Translations under genes and position numbers: made by a program
Part shown: in pieces, positions 25,204 to 35,783 of the stretch
Numbering within the stretch: position 1 is the first letter of the stretch
Layout: every line of letters starts with the position of its first letter
Notes under the pieces: generated by a model
The model's database searches: none
What the model was told of the DNA's origin: nothing
Seen by the model: only the letters and a program-made list of their open reading frames with translations
Assembly (NCBI GenBank): GCA_973895155.1
Contig: OZ316899.1
Coordinates: 12,339,834 to 12,403,833 of the forward strand
DNA from: Marsupella aquatica
Lineage: Eukaryota; Plantae; Marchantiophyta
Direction of reading: 5' to 3'
DNA length: 64,000 nt

Positions 25204-25347
25204 CTGATGCCTCAGATTTTTTTCTCGAGCTAAAAGAGACCAGACGCGTTGAACTCTGATAATTTCAATACACACCTATCCTCTGAAAGACAAACAATCG
25301 GGAAGACAGACAATTTCCTCTGAATCCCCCGAGCCACTTTATTATAC

Positions 25348-28300
25348 ATGGAGAAATTACAATTCCCAGTATTGAAGATCGATGGATCAAATTTCCTATC
25401 CTGGTCACAAAACGCCGAGATCGTCCTCAATGCGAAGGGACTCGGGGACATAATAATTGCAGATCACCATGGAAACCTACAGACCAAGGCTCAAGCCATA
25501 TTCATCCTTAGACATCACCTAGACCAAGACTTACAGGCCCAATATCTCGACGAATACAATCCGAGGGCGCTATGGGATGCACTCAAGCGGAGATACGACC
25601 ACCTCCGACTGATTTCCCTACCGGCAGCACGAAACGATTGGATACACCTCCGAGTCCTCGATCACCCAACAATAGCAAGCTACAACAGCGCACTATTCCG
25701 GATCACCTCCCAATTGAAGGTATGCGGACAACAAATCTTGGAAGCCGACCAGATAGAGAAGACGCTGTCGACCTTCCCTGCAGCAAACATGACATTAGCC
25801 CAACAGTATCGACAGATGCACTTCACCGAATACTCAGACCTCATTGCCGTAATGCTCCTGGCAGAGAAGAACGACCTACTCTTGATGCAAAACTCTAAAA
25901 CGAGACCACCAGGAACTATCCCGAAACTGGAAATACAATATAACTCCACAAAAGCGGCCGACACATTCAAAGGCAAGGGACGATTCCAGGGACACCACGC
26001 CAAACAATACCCACGATATACGAAGACCAGATTCCAGAGAGGACGATATAACAAACCCCCGATGACACAATCTCCACGAAGGAAGACCTCTTGGCAACGA
26101 GACCCCCAGAAACCACCCATCCAATGCTTTCGATGCGGCGGCCCCGGACATATCAAGCGCGACTGCCGAGCCCAACCACACTTAGTCAAATTATATCAGG
26201 CAAGCTTGCCCACAGCGCAAACAATGACGGTAGCAAACTACCTAGAAATCGATGCAGACCTCAGCAAGTATGTGAACTCTGAGCCACCCCCAGAGATACA
26301 TCTCGCCACAGATGAGAAATTGGCCCCCTCCCTCTCTGACGACAACATATGTATCCTGGACAGTGGCACATCACATACTATATTAAGAGACAAACGTTAC
26401 TTCCAAAAGATATCACCATCGAATCGGCTAGTGACGACCATAACGGGAACCAACAACTTAGAGGAAGGCCACGGCCCTGCAAGAATTCTACTCCCAAACA
26501 AAACACTGATCAACATACATTCTGCAATATACGCACCCAACGCGACCAGGAACCTATTGAGTTTTCAAGACGTCCACGAAAATGGCTACCAGATTCGCTC
26601 AACTTCAGGCCCAAATAATAACTCACTACAGATACTGACAGAAACTGGCGAAGACCCAATTATACATGAATCATTACCATACCACCCACCAGGACTATAT
26701 GCCACCCCGATACACACATACAAGGTGGAAGCAGAGACACCCACAATTACTGAGCTGTGGCACCGTCGCCTGGGCCACCCAGGCACCTCAATGTACCATC
26801 GAATTCTCAAGGACACCCGCGGAATACCCCATACGGTAAAGCCCACATCTATGAAGGAAATCTGCCCAGCATGCGCACAAGGAAAACTCCAGATCAGACC
26901 ATCAGCCTCGAAGACAGTACACAGGATCCCGGCGTTCCTCGAACAACTGAACATTGACGTATGTGGCCCCATCGACCCCCCAAGTGGACCCTTTCGATTC
27001 TTTTTAGTGATGATCTGCTCCTCAACAAAATGGTCCCAAGTATCACTTATCTCAACCCGTAACTTGGTCCTAGCGCGCCTACTTACTCAGATCCTCAGGC
27101 TGAGAGCGCAATTCCCGAACTCACCCATTCGCACAATCCGGATAGATAACGCCGGCGAGTTTACATCCCCGGCCTTCGACGATATCTGCACTACACTAGG
27201 TATAATAGTCCAATACTCAGTGGCTTACGTCCACTTTCAGAACGGCACGGCAGAATCATTCATTAAAAGCATACAAATGATCTCGAGACCAATGCTCATG
27301 CAGACAAAACTTCCCATTACAGCTTGGGGACACGCCATCCTGCATGGAGCGGAACTACTGAAATTCAGACCGTCAGCATTTAATTCATATTCACCATACC
27401 ACATGGCATACGGAACCATCCCAGATGTATCACACCTTAAGACATTCGGATGCTTAGTAATGGTTCCTATACTAGGCCCCAAGAGGACGAAGATGGGACC
27501 ACAGCGCCAGAACGGTATATATGTTGGATTTGATTCCCCCTCGATAATAAGATATCTAGAACCAACGACTGCGGACATATTCCGAGCAAGATACAATGAC
27601 TGTCAATTCCGCGAGGAGATATTCCCTACATTGAGCACCACCGACATACAAGACATACTCAAGCCTACCCAACTAAAGTGGCAAACTACGGACCAGTTTT
27701 GGAATGACCCCAGGACCAAATTAGCCAATGATGAAGTAAAACGCATATTACACCTGCATCAAATGATGGAGAAATTACCCGATGCCTTCAATGACGCCGC
27801 GAATGCAACCAAATCCCACATAGAGGCAGCAAATACCCCTGCCCGGATCTCCATCAACGAACGGCCAGCAACTGCAGCAGCACCCAAAGCAAAAAGAGGA
27901 CGCCCACCAGGTTCCAAGGATCGGACACTAAGGAACAAACGCCCAACTACTACCTTACTCTCAACTATACCGGAACCATGTGCCGACAATGAAGAAATTT
28001 CCCTGAACTATGCACACACAGGGAACGTCTGGATCCGCCAAGACACCGCGATTAATGAGAACTTTTCATTTCTCATATCAGAGACAATTTCCTCCGATCC
28101 AACCGAGCCACACACAGTCAGTGAAGCACGAAAACGAGACGATTGGCCCCTATGGGAAAAAGCCATAAATTCAGAAATCGACTCACTTATCTCCCGTCAG
28201 GTGTTTGGCAAACTTTGTCCAGCTCCACCCGACATGAACCTGACAGGATATAGAATTACACTGGTAAGAAAGCGTAACGCAAAAGGTGAAGTCATTAGAC

Positions 28301-29910
28301 ACAAGGCACGATTGGTTGCAAAGGGATACACACAAATTTGGGGAAAGGACTATGACCTCACCTATGCCCCGGTTATGGACGCCATCACATACAGGTACCT
28401 GATTGCTTTCTCACTGATTCATAAACTTAAGCTGCACCTGATGGACGTCGTCACAGCATATCTCTATGGAGTTTTAGACACAGAGATCTATATGCAGGCC
28501 CCGCCTGAACTCATTAACAGAGTTAAATTCCATATTCAGGGGGAGAAACTTCTCCCATTATCCCCAGATCTAAAGTCTGGCGTAGACCAGATTGTACCTA
28601 CAGAAATGCAGACGAACTTGATCAACCACAGATCAACCCCCACTGTTTTCGAGAAACAGACAGAGCTTGATGCTATACCATCTTGTCCCACCAAGGTTAA
28701 GATACCTGTGAACAAGACTGTCAGCAAAGAGAAATCCAAGAACAAGATTGCTGTACAGGTCCTCCGCTCTCTTTATGGCCTTAAACAGAGCGGGAGGATT
28801 TGGTATCAAAGATTTAAGGCAGAAATGCTCGCTCTTGGGTTCGTGAATCACGATATAGCTCCATGCTTATTTATCAAGCATATGGGAGATGAGTTCATTA
28901 TTATCGCGATCTACGTCGACGACATAAGTATTTTTGGTACACCTGAACTCACTGCCACCATGATAGCAACTCTAAAAGCAGCATTCGAAATGAAAGACAT
29001 AGGCACACCAAATTACTGCCTTGGTATACAGATCGAGACATTACCGGAAGGCATCTTTATCCACCAGTCTACTTACACACGCAAGGTATTAGCGCAGTTC
29101 AATATGGACAAGTCATATCCGGTTACTACACCGATGGACCTTCGATCATTAGACCCTACAAAGGATATATTTCATAAGAGAACAGACTCAGAGCTACTTC
29201 TCGGCCCAGAAAAACCTTACCTCTCCGCCATTGGAGCATTGATGTACCTTGCGAACCAGACCAGACCCGACATAGCGTTCGCAGTGAACTTACTTGCAAG
29301 ACATAGCTCCCAACCCACAATCCGCCACTGGAACGGCATCAAGCGAGTCCTCAGGTACCTGCAAGGCACAATAGATATGGGACTATACTATGCTAATACG
29401 ATTCCTAACAAACTCGTGGGCTATGCCGATGCAGGTTATCTATCCGACCCTGACGATTCTAAATCCCAGACGGGATATGTGTTCCTTCAAGGCGGGACTG
29501 CAGTATCGTGGAAAAGCACCAAGCAGACACTCACCACTACCTCATCGAACCATGCTGAAGTGATCGCACTTTACGAAGCGTGTAGAGAATGTGTTTGGCT
29601 TCGACAACTAGTCAACCACATCCATACCTCTGCCGGAAGACCTAACCTGACAGCTCCAACAACGATCTTTGAAGACAACCGACCCTGCGTCAATCAAATC
29701 ACCAAGGGCTTCATAAAAGGAGACAGAATTAAACATATAGCACCGAAATTTTTCTACACCGCAGAACAACACGGGGATCACATCAACATAGTCTGGATCC
29801 CTTCCAAAGAAAACAGAGCTGACCTTTTCACGAAACCATTACCTAGAATCCTGCACAATGAACACTGCGAGGGCATCGGCATGCGTCGACTCTCAATCCT
29901 GAAACCTTGA
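25348..29910 (+). CDS. gag-pol: Copia gag-pol polyprotein, 1520 aa (Gag, zinc knuckle, protease, integrase, RT, RNase H)
   Basis: CFRCGGPGHIKRDC; ILDSGT; WHRRLGHP..CPAC; IDVCGP, RIDNAGEF, QNGTAES; SLYGLKQSG; YVDD; YADAGY..FEDN..ADLFTK. Integrase precedes RT. Confidence 0.97.
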   Translation: MEKLQFPVLKIDGSNFLSWSQNAEIVLNAKGLGDIIIADHHGNLQTKAQAIFILRHHLDQDLQAQYLDEYNPRALWDALKRRYDHLRLISLPAARNDWIHLRVLDHPTIASYNSALFRITSQLKVCGQQILEADQIEKTLSTFPAANMTLAQQYRQMHFTEYSDLIAVMLLAEKNDLLLMQNSKTRPPGTIPKLEIQYNSTKAADTFKGKGRFQGHHAKQYPRYTKTRFQRGRYNKPPMTQSPRRKTSWQRDPQKPPIQCFRCGGPGHIKRDCRAQPHLVKLYQASLPTAQTMTVANYLEIDADLSKYVNSEPPPEIHLATDEKLAPSLSDDNICILDSGTSHTILRDKRYFQKISPSNRLVTTITGTNNLEEGHGPARILLPNKTLINIHSAIYAPNATRNLLSFQDVHENGYQIRSTSGPNNNSLQILTETGEDPIIHESLPYHPPGLYATPIHTYKVEAETPTITELWHRRLGHPGTSMYHRILKDTRGIPHTVKPTSMKEICPACAQGKLQIRPSASKTVHRIPAFLEQLNIDVCGPIDPPSGPFRFFLVMICSSTKWSQVSLISTRNLVLARLLTQILRLRAQFPNSPIRTIRIDNAGEFTSPAFDDICTTLGIIVQYSVAYVHFQNGTAESFIKSIQMISRPMLMQTKLPITAWGHAILHGAELLKFRPSAFNSYSPYHMAYGTIPDVSHLKTFGCLVMVPILGPKRTKMGPQRQNGIYVGFDSPSIIRYLEPTTADIFRARYNDCQFREEIFPTLSTTDIQDILKPTQLKWQTTDQFWNDPRTKLANDEVKRILHLHQMMEKLPDAFNDAANATKSHIEAANTPARISINERPATAAAPKAKRGRPPGSKDRTLRNKRPTTTLLSTIPEPCADNEEISLNYAHTGNVWIRQDTAINENFSFLISETISSDPTEPHTVSEARKRDDWPLWEKAINSEIDSLISRQVFGKLCPAPPDMNLTGYRITLVRKRNAKGEVIRHKARLVAKGYTQIWGKDYDLTYAPVMDAITYRYLIAFSLIHKLKLHLMDVVTAYLYGVLDTEIYMQAPPELINRVKFHIQGEKLLPLSPDLKSGVDQIVPTEMQTNLINHRSTPTVFEKQTELDAIPSCPTKVKIPVNKTVSKEKSKNKIAVQVLRSLYGLKQSGRIWYQRFKAEMLALGFVNHDIAPCLFIKHMGDEFIIIAIYVDDISIFGTPELTATMIATLKAAFEMKDIGTPNYCLGIQIETLPEGIFIHQSTYTRKVLAQFNMDKSYPVTTPMDLRSLDPTKDIFHKRTDSELLLGPEKPYLSAIGALMYLANQTRPDIAFAVNLLARHSSQPTIRHWNGIKRVLRYLQGTIDMGLYYANTIPNKLVGYADAGYLSDPDDSKSQTGYVFLQGGTAVSWKSTKQTLTTTSSNHAEVIALYEACRECVWLRQLVNHIHTSAGRPNLTAPTTIFEDNRPCVNQITKGFIKGDRIKHIAPKFFYTAEQHGDHINIVWIPSKENRADLFTKPLPRILHNEHCEGIGMRRLSILKP

Positions 29911-30232
29911 CTACAGTACCCACAATAAGTCGACTCACCAACCAACATGACCTAAACCATAATACACCACAAGCAGGAAAGCACAAAGCCTGAAACACAT
30001 ATTTTTCAATACTCGAGAACTTCCATTACCTCTATTTACAAAATAGAGAACACATACATTATAAATTTTTCTGGCCCATCATTGTGGGTGGTAACACTCT
30101 TTTTATCCCTAGAAGAAAGCAGAGGGTTTTTAATGAGGTTACACCTGATGGCAAATCAGATTAGAAATACCACATTTGGATAACTATTTATTACCCATTA
30201 GATTGCACCAAATGATACATTATTAGCAATCT

Positions 30233-30240
30233 AGGGGGAG
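30233..30240 (+). other. Copia polypurine tract
   Basis: AGGGGGAG abuts the 3' LTR. Confidence 0.85.
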
Positions 30241-30432
30241 TGTTGTAATACAAATATTATCCCAAACACAGTGGATAGGGAGACCTGAAAGGGTACGAAT
30301 TAGTAGAAGGGAGATGAATAGGATCATAACTACCCTAACTAACATTGTATATATATGACCATGAATTGGTCATACTTTAATTGGAGTTGTTGATGGATTG
30401 ATTGAGATCTTGATAGAATTAATGTCACAACA
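30241..30432 (+). repeat. Copia 3' LTR
   Basis: Direct repeat of 25000-25191, followed by TSD CATAT. Confidence 0.97.
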
Positions 30433-33400
30433 CATATGATATATGTAATGACCCTATTTGTGGTCATTGGTACTTATGACACAACTTTGTGCAAAAATGA
30501 CCCAATGAAGGTCCTAGTACCTCCCGAGAGAGCCCACTCTAGGTTCGTTGCAAAAATAGAATATTCCTATACCTTTAACCAGCACACACACCATAGAGGG
30601 AAGCGCCACTACCACGCCCATTCCATTGGCGTTGCACTACCTCTTGGAGGAACAAACAAATTGCTCCATTTGCCTTTGGAACATAACATATTCATCCATG
30701 ATGGTGCTTTTGGAAAATCACTCCAATGTTATATGACTTGGGAGTGATTTCCCCAAGGTTGCATCATCCCTTTAGTAATTGCGAAAACATGGCTCCAAAG
30801 TGCTCATGGTGCAACTAGTGGTTGGAGAATAGTAAGTATAGTGTCCTGCACCTATTGGAAAGGTTGCCAGCTCCATGTAGGGCCCCATGGCAGTCTAGGG
30901 CCCACTTCCAGCCCTTATCCCCAAACTGGTCATTTAGGTTGGTCCATAATGACACCATGAGGGACCTCTGTAATGACCAGCTATGCAGTTATTTGGTCCA
31001 AATGACTGCCAATATGACTGTCAAAATGACCCATATGGTAGTCATTGGCTTTAATGATACACCCTTACTCCAAAATGACCCAGTGAAGATTACACTACCT
31101 ATCGGAGTGGCCCATGGCAAATCCTTAGCAATTTAATAGAATATTCCTCACCCAAACGCCAGCACAAACATGACATAGTTAAATCGAAGGACAACAACCT
31201 TCCACTGGTTTTGCGCTTACTCTTAGAGAACAAGAAAACAACTATTATTTAACTTTGAATGTGGTGGTATATATCCATGGTGACACTTTTGGCAAATCAC
31301 TCCAAAGCCGTATGCCTTGGGGAGTGATTTCCCCAAGGTTCCATCATGCCTTAACAAAATGCAAAAACATGGCTCCAAAGTGTTCATGGTGCAACTAGTG
31401 GTTGGAGAATAGTGAGTATAGTACCCCGCACCTAGTGGAGAGGTTGTCACCTTCATGTAGGGCCCCATGGCACACTAGGGCCACCTTAAGCTCCTAGACT
31501 CAAAAGGGTCATTTTTGATGGTCCATAATGACACCATGAGGGACCTCTATAATGACCCCATATGCAGTCATTGTGCACAAATGACTTCCAAAATGACTGC
31601 AAAAATGACCCTTATTGCAGTCTTTGGCATTAATGACACACTATTCCTCCAAAATGACCCAATGAAGATTACAACACCTACTCACAATGCTCCGACACTA
31701 TTCATATGCAAAATGGAGTATTCCCCATCAAAACACCGGCACCAACATGGCACAATTATATCACAGGATGACAACCTTCCATTGGTGTTGCACTACTTCT
31801 TGGAGAGACAAAAAAGGGCTTCATTTGCCTTCGGCACCTATGCTCTGCATCCATGGAGACACTTTTAGCAAATCACTCCAAAGTTTGTATGACTTGGGAG
31901 TGATTTCCCCAAAGGTGCATCATGCCTAAAGTAAACGCAAAAACATGTGTCCAAAGTGTTCATGGCACAACTAGTGGTTGGACAATGATGAGTATAGTGT
32001 CCCGCACCTAGTGGAGGGGTTCTCAGCTCTATGTGGGGCCCCATGGCACTCTAGGGGCCACCTCCAGCCCCTAGCCCCAAACTGGTCATTTCTTTTGCTT
32101 AATGACTGCACAAGGGACCCCTCAAATGACCAAAAATCCAGTCATTTGACTTATGTGACAGCCCATATGACAGATTTAATGACCCTACTTGTAGTCATTG
32201 GTACATATGACACCAATTTTTCAGAAATGACTCAATGAAGATTACACTACCTCCTTGAGTGCTCCGTCACTATTCATTTGCAAAATAGAATATTCCCCAT
32301 CCAAGCACCGGCACAAACATGACACAATTACATGGAAGGACGACAGCCTTGCACTACTTCTTGCAGAGACAAAAAAAATGGCTTCATTTCCTTTTAGATA
32401 GGATGGTATGCATCAATGGTGACACTTTTGGCAAATCACTCCAAAGTTGTATGACTTGGGAGTGATTTCCCCAACATTATATCATCCCTTAAATAAACAC
32501 AAAACATGGCTCCAAATTGCTAATGGTGCAACTAGTGGTTGGAGAATAGTAAATATAGTATTTGACACCTAGTGGAGGGGTTGCGAGCTCTATGTGGGGC
32601 CACATGGCACTCTAGGGCCCACCTCCAGCCCTTAGCTCCAAATTGGTCATTCATGCTTGTCTTCAATGACTGCACTAGAGACCCCCTCAAATGACAACAA
32701 GTCTAGTCATTTGAATTATATGACATCCCATATGACCATTTCAATGACCCTACTTGAGGTCATTGGCACTTATGACATGACTTTGTTAAAAAATGACCCA
32801 ATGAAGGTCCTAGTACCGCCAAAGAGAGCCCCCTGTACATTCCTTGCAAAAATGGAATATTCGTATACCTTTAAACATTAGACACATCATAGAGGGACGC
32901 ACGACTCCCCTGCCCATTCCATTGGTGCAGCACTACCTCTTGGAGAACCCCAAAACAACTTTTTTTTGCCTTTGGATGTGACGGTATGCATCCATGGTGA
33001 CACTTTTGGCAAATCACTCCAAAGTAGTACAACTTGGGAGTGATTTCTCCAAAGGTGCATCATGCCTTAAGTAAATGCAAAGACATGTGTTCAAATTGCT
33101 AATGCTGCAACTAGTGGTTGGGCAATGATGAGTATAGTGTCCCACACCAAGTGGAGGGGTTCTCACCTCTATGTGGGGCCACATGGCACTCTAGGGCCCA
33201 CCTCGAGCCCCTAGCCCCAAACTGGTCATTTGTGCTTTTGCTTAATGACTACACAAGGGACCCCTCAAATGACCACAACTGCAATCATTAGACTTATATG
33301 ATTGCCCATATGACAGTTTTAATGACCTTACTTGTAGTCATTGGCATTTATGACGGTCCATTGCTCACATATGACCCAATAAAGGCCCTACCTCCAAAGA

Positions 33401-34011
33401 GAGCCTGTTTTAGATTCCTTGCAAGGTTGGAATATTCCTCTTCCCTAAACCCGCACCCACACCATACAGAGAAGCACGACTCCCTTGCCCATTCCATTGG
33501 TGCAGCACTACCTCTTGGAGAACCCCAAAACAACTTTTATTTGCCTTTGGATGTGACGTATGCATCCATGGTGACACTTTTGGCAAATCACTCCAAAGTC
33601 GTACGACTTGGAAGTGATTTCTCCAAAGGTGCATCATGCCTTAAGTAAATGCAAAGACATGTGTTCAAATTGCTAATGCCGCAACTAGTGGTTGGACAAT
33701 GATGAGTATAGTGTCCCGCACCAAGTGGAGGGGTTCTCACCTCTATGTAGGGCCCATGACACACTCGGGCCCACCTTAAGCTCGTAGACCAAAAATGGTC
33801 ATTTATGCTGGTCCATAATGACACCATGAGGGATGTCTTGAATGACAACTTATATAGTCATTTGGTCAAAATAACCTCTAGTATGACCGCTGACATTACC
33901 CTTGTTGTAGTCATTGGCATTTTTCAATGACTCTATAATAATGACCGGTGTCTGGAATGACTATTGAGTATTTTAATCTTGATATCTCTTGGGTTCTTTA
34001 ATGTCTACAAG

Positions 34012-34270
34012 TAGTCATTTATGCAATAAGTCCATAATGACTGTATGTTATTGTAAACATTGATATATCATGATTTTTAGATTGACCTTAAATTTAGTCA
34101 TTTATGCGACAAGTCCATAATGATAGTATGTTGTTGTAAACACTAATATATCTTAATTTCAAGATTGACTCTAGAGTTAGTCATTTATGAGAGAAGTCCA
34201 TAATGATGGTATGTTGTTGTAAACACTGATATATTCTTATTTTCAGGTTGACCCTAGATTTTGTCATTTA
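34012..34270. repeat. 83-bp tandem repeat x3 in the CACTA subterminal region
   Basis: TAGTCATTTATG at 34012, 34095 and 34178. Confidence 0.85.
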
Positions 34271-34645
34271 ACACCGTTGGTTAAAATGACGGAAATACAT
34301 TTTTGTCATTTATCACCGTTGTCCAAAATGACCCAAATAGATTTTTGGTCATTTCATTCATTGTCCAAAGTGAATATAATGGTGCTAAACACTGATTTAT
34401 CATTGTTGTTATTTATTGGGTCATTTAGGACATGTGTCTAAATTGACCATTTTAGGAAAATTGTGTCATTTTGGTCGCATCAGTCATTACAGACATTAGA
34501 CAAAATGATGCAAAAGCTATCATTTTGTCATTTCAGTCTATTGGTCATTGTGGACAGTCATTCTCCCGTCATTCTTTTTGTGTCATTAGAAATTTTGGTC
34601 ATTGATTCATTTCCGTCATTGGGTGATTGGTCATAAAGGGCCCTG

Positions 34646-34658
34646 TTTTCTTCTAGTG
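34646..34658 (-). repeat. CACTA terminal inverted repeat
   Basis: The reverse complement reads CACTAGAAGAAAA at the exact edge of the GTCATT-rich region. Confidence 0.85.
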
Positions 34659-35060
34659 CATAAGAGCAAGGAGAGTTGCAACTTCCTTGTGCTGAACTTG
34701 ATATGATACCTTTGAAAAGAGTGCATCAACATCTTTGTGCGTATGACCAACCATTAGAAAAGACATTTGAACAGTTTCAAATACTCCTCTACTCACAAGT
34801 TCATTACAAAATGCCATGACAGTCTGGTTTTTGTTATCCTTTGTTGAATTATCCATTTGCAACGTTAGGTGCCTTGGCAAGGGCTTGAAAGATGGACTGC
34901 CTTGTTCCCCATGCATTTCCCCTCCTTGATCCTCACCATGTTGGGTGGAGACCGTCTCGGTCTGACTCTCGGCTGCATCTTCAGAACCAATATACCTATT
35001 CATTGGAATACTCTTTGGTTCCAAATATCCCTTAAAAAATGCAGAGGGGAGGTAATCCAT
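34659..35060 (-). pseudogene. Sola-like (DUF7869-type) DDD transposase fragment cut by the CACTA insertion
   Basis: LTLQMDNSTKDNKN...FLMVGHTHKDVDALFS matches the DN..NKN / F..GHTH.D.D signature; the N- and C-terminal parts are absent. Confidence 0.72.
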
Positions 35061-35091
35061 CAGTTATCAGTCACCCCCCTTTTTTTCTATA

Positions 35092-35494
35092 ATCTCGGAG
35101 ACCTCTCCGAGATGGCGACAATTTTTTTTGGCAATCTCGAAGAGCTCTTCGAGATCCCTACCATTTTTTTGGCAATCTCGAAGACCTCTCTGAGATGGCA
35201 ACAATTGTTTTTGGCAATCTTGGAGAGGCTCTCCAAGATCCCTACCATTTTATGGCAATCCCAACACACTTCCAGGAGTATGTTGGAGACATGGTAGTTT
35301 GTTTGCTGACCATGTGAGAGAGCCTCTCCGACATACCAAGTCACTCCGTTGCCATCTTGGAGAGCCTCTCCGAGATACCAAGTCTTTTTGTTGACCATCT
35401 TGGAGAGCCTCTCCGAGATACCAAGTCACTTTGCAAACCATCTTCGACTTTCCCACTCCATTTCTAAGACCATCTCAAAGAGCCTCTCCGAGAT
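35092..35494. repeat. Array of ~8 copies of the palindrome ATCTCGGAGAG(G/C)CTCTCCGAGAT, mostly ~41-43-bp spacing
   Basis: Read directly; same core as the arrays at 52101 and 55088. Confidence 0.9.
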
Positions 35495-35620
35495 ACAAAT
35501 ACAAAAAACTTGCAAGTGATACACATCACATTCACTTTTCATATATATGGTAATGTGTACACAGCAACACTTCATTATTGCTACCTTCTCTAAAGCTAAA
35601 CCCTGTTGGCCACTACTTTA

Positions 35621-35783
35621 TTATGTTATCTGATATGTGCATAGATTATAAATAATCTTCTTTCGTAAATTTCCTACCTGGCTGCCATCAAAATCCATAG
35701 GAGCATCTTGACTTATGCGCTCTGCACAGTTAAGGATAAATACCCCACAATTTACACTATCTTCTTGTGATAGAAGGCCTCAC
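35621..35783 (-). pseudogene. C-terminal part of the Ulp1/C48 protease (catalytic Gln/Cys)
   Basis: Joined through TSD CTCAC to 50435+, it reads WPRTSV*GLLSQEDSVNCGVFILNCAERI..LRKKIIYNLC, in frame. Confidence 0.85.

Larger units (their letters stand above)
25000..30432 (+). mobile_element. Full-length Ty1/copia LTR retrotransposon, Bianca-like
   Basis: 192-bp LTRs with TG..CA ends and 2 mismatches by eye, TSD CATAT (24995-24999, 30433-30437), PBS CGTTATCAGCAC, PPT AGGGGGAG and a single intact ORF. Confidence 0.97.
24270..33930. repeat. ~575-bp tandem array (~7-8 diverged units), CACTA subterminal, interrupted by the copia element
   Basis: The marker GGTGACACTTTTGGCAAATCACTCCAAAG or variants occurs near 24685, 30703, 31278, 31855, 32418, 32996 and 33571 (spacing ~563-580 after removing the copia). 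Confidence 0.88.
17245..34658 (-). mobile_element. CACTA (En/Spm) DNA transposon, left end missing
   Basis: Terminus CACTAGAAGAAAA at 34658-34646 (minus), AATGAC/GTCATT-rich subterminal region and a Tnp2-type transposase. The terminus cuts the Sola-like ORF. The second TIR was not found, so unity of the whole span is inferred. Confidence 0.75.

Noticed and set aside
30436-33848. Short ORFs within the ~575-bp array
   Set aside because: Frames are not conserved between units; this is a non-coding repeat.
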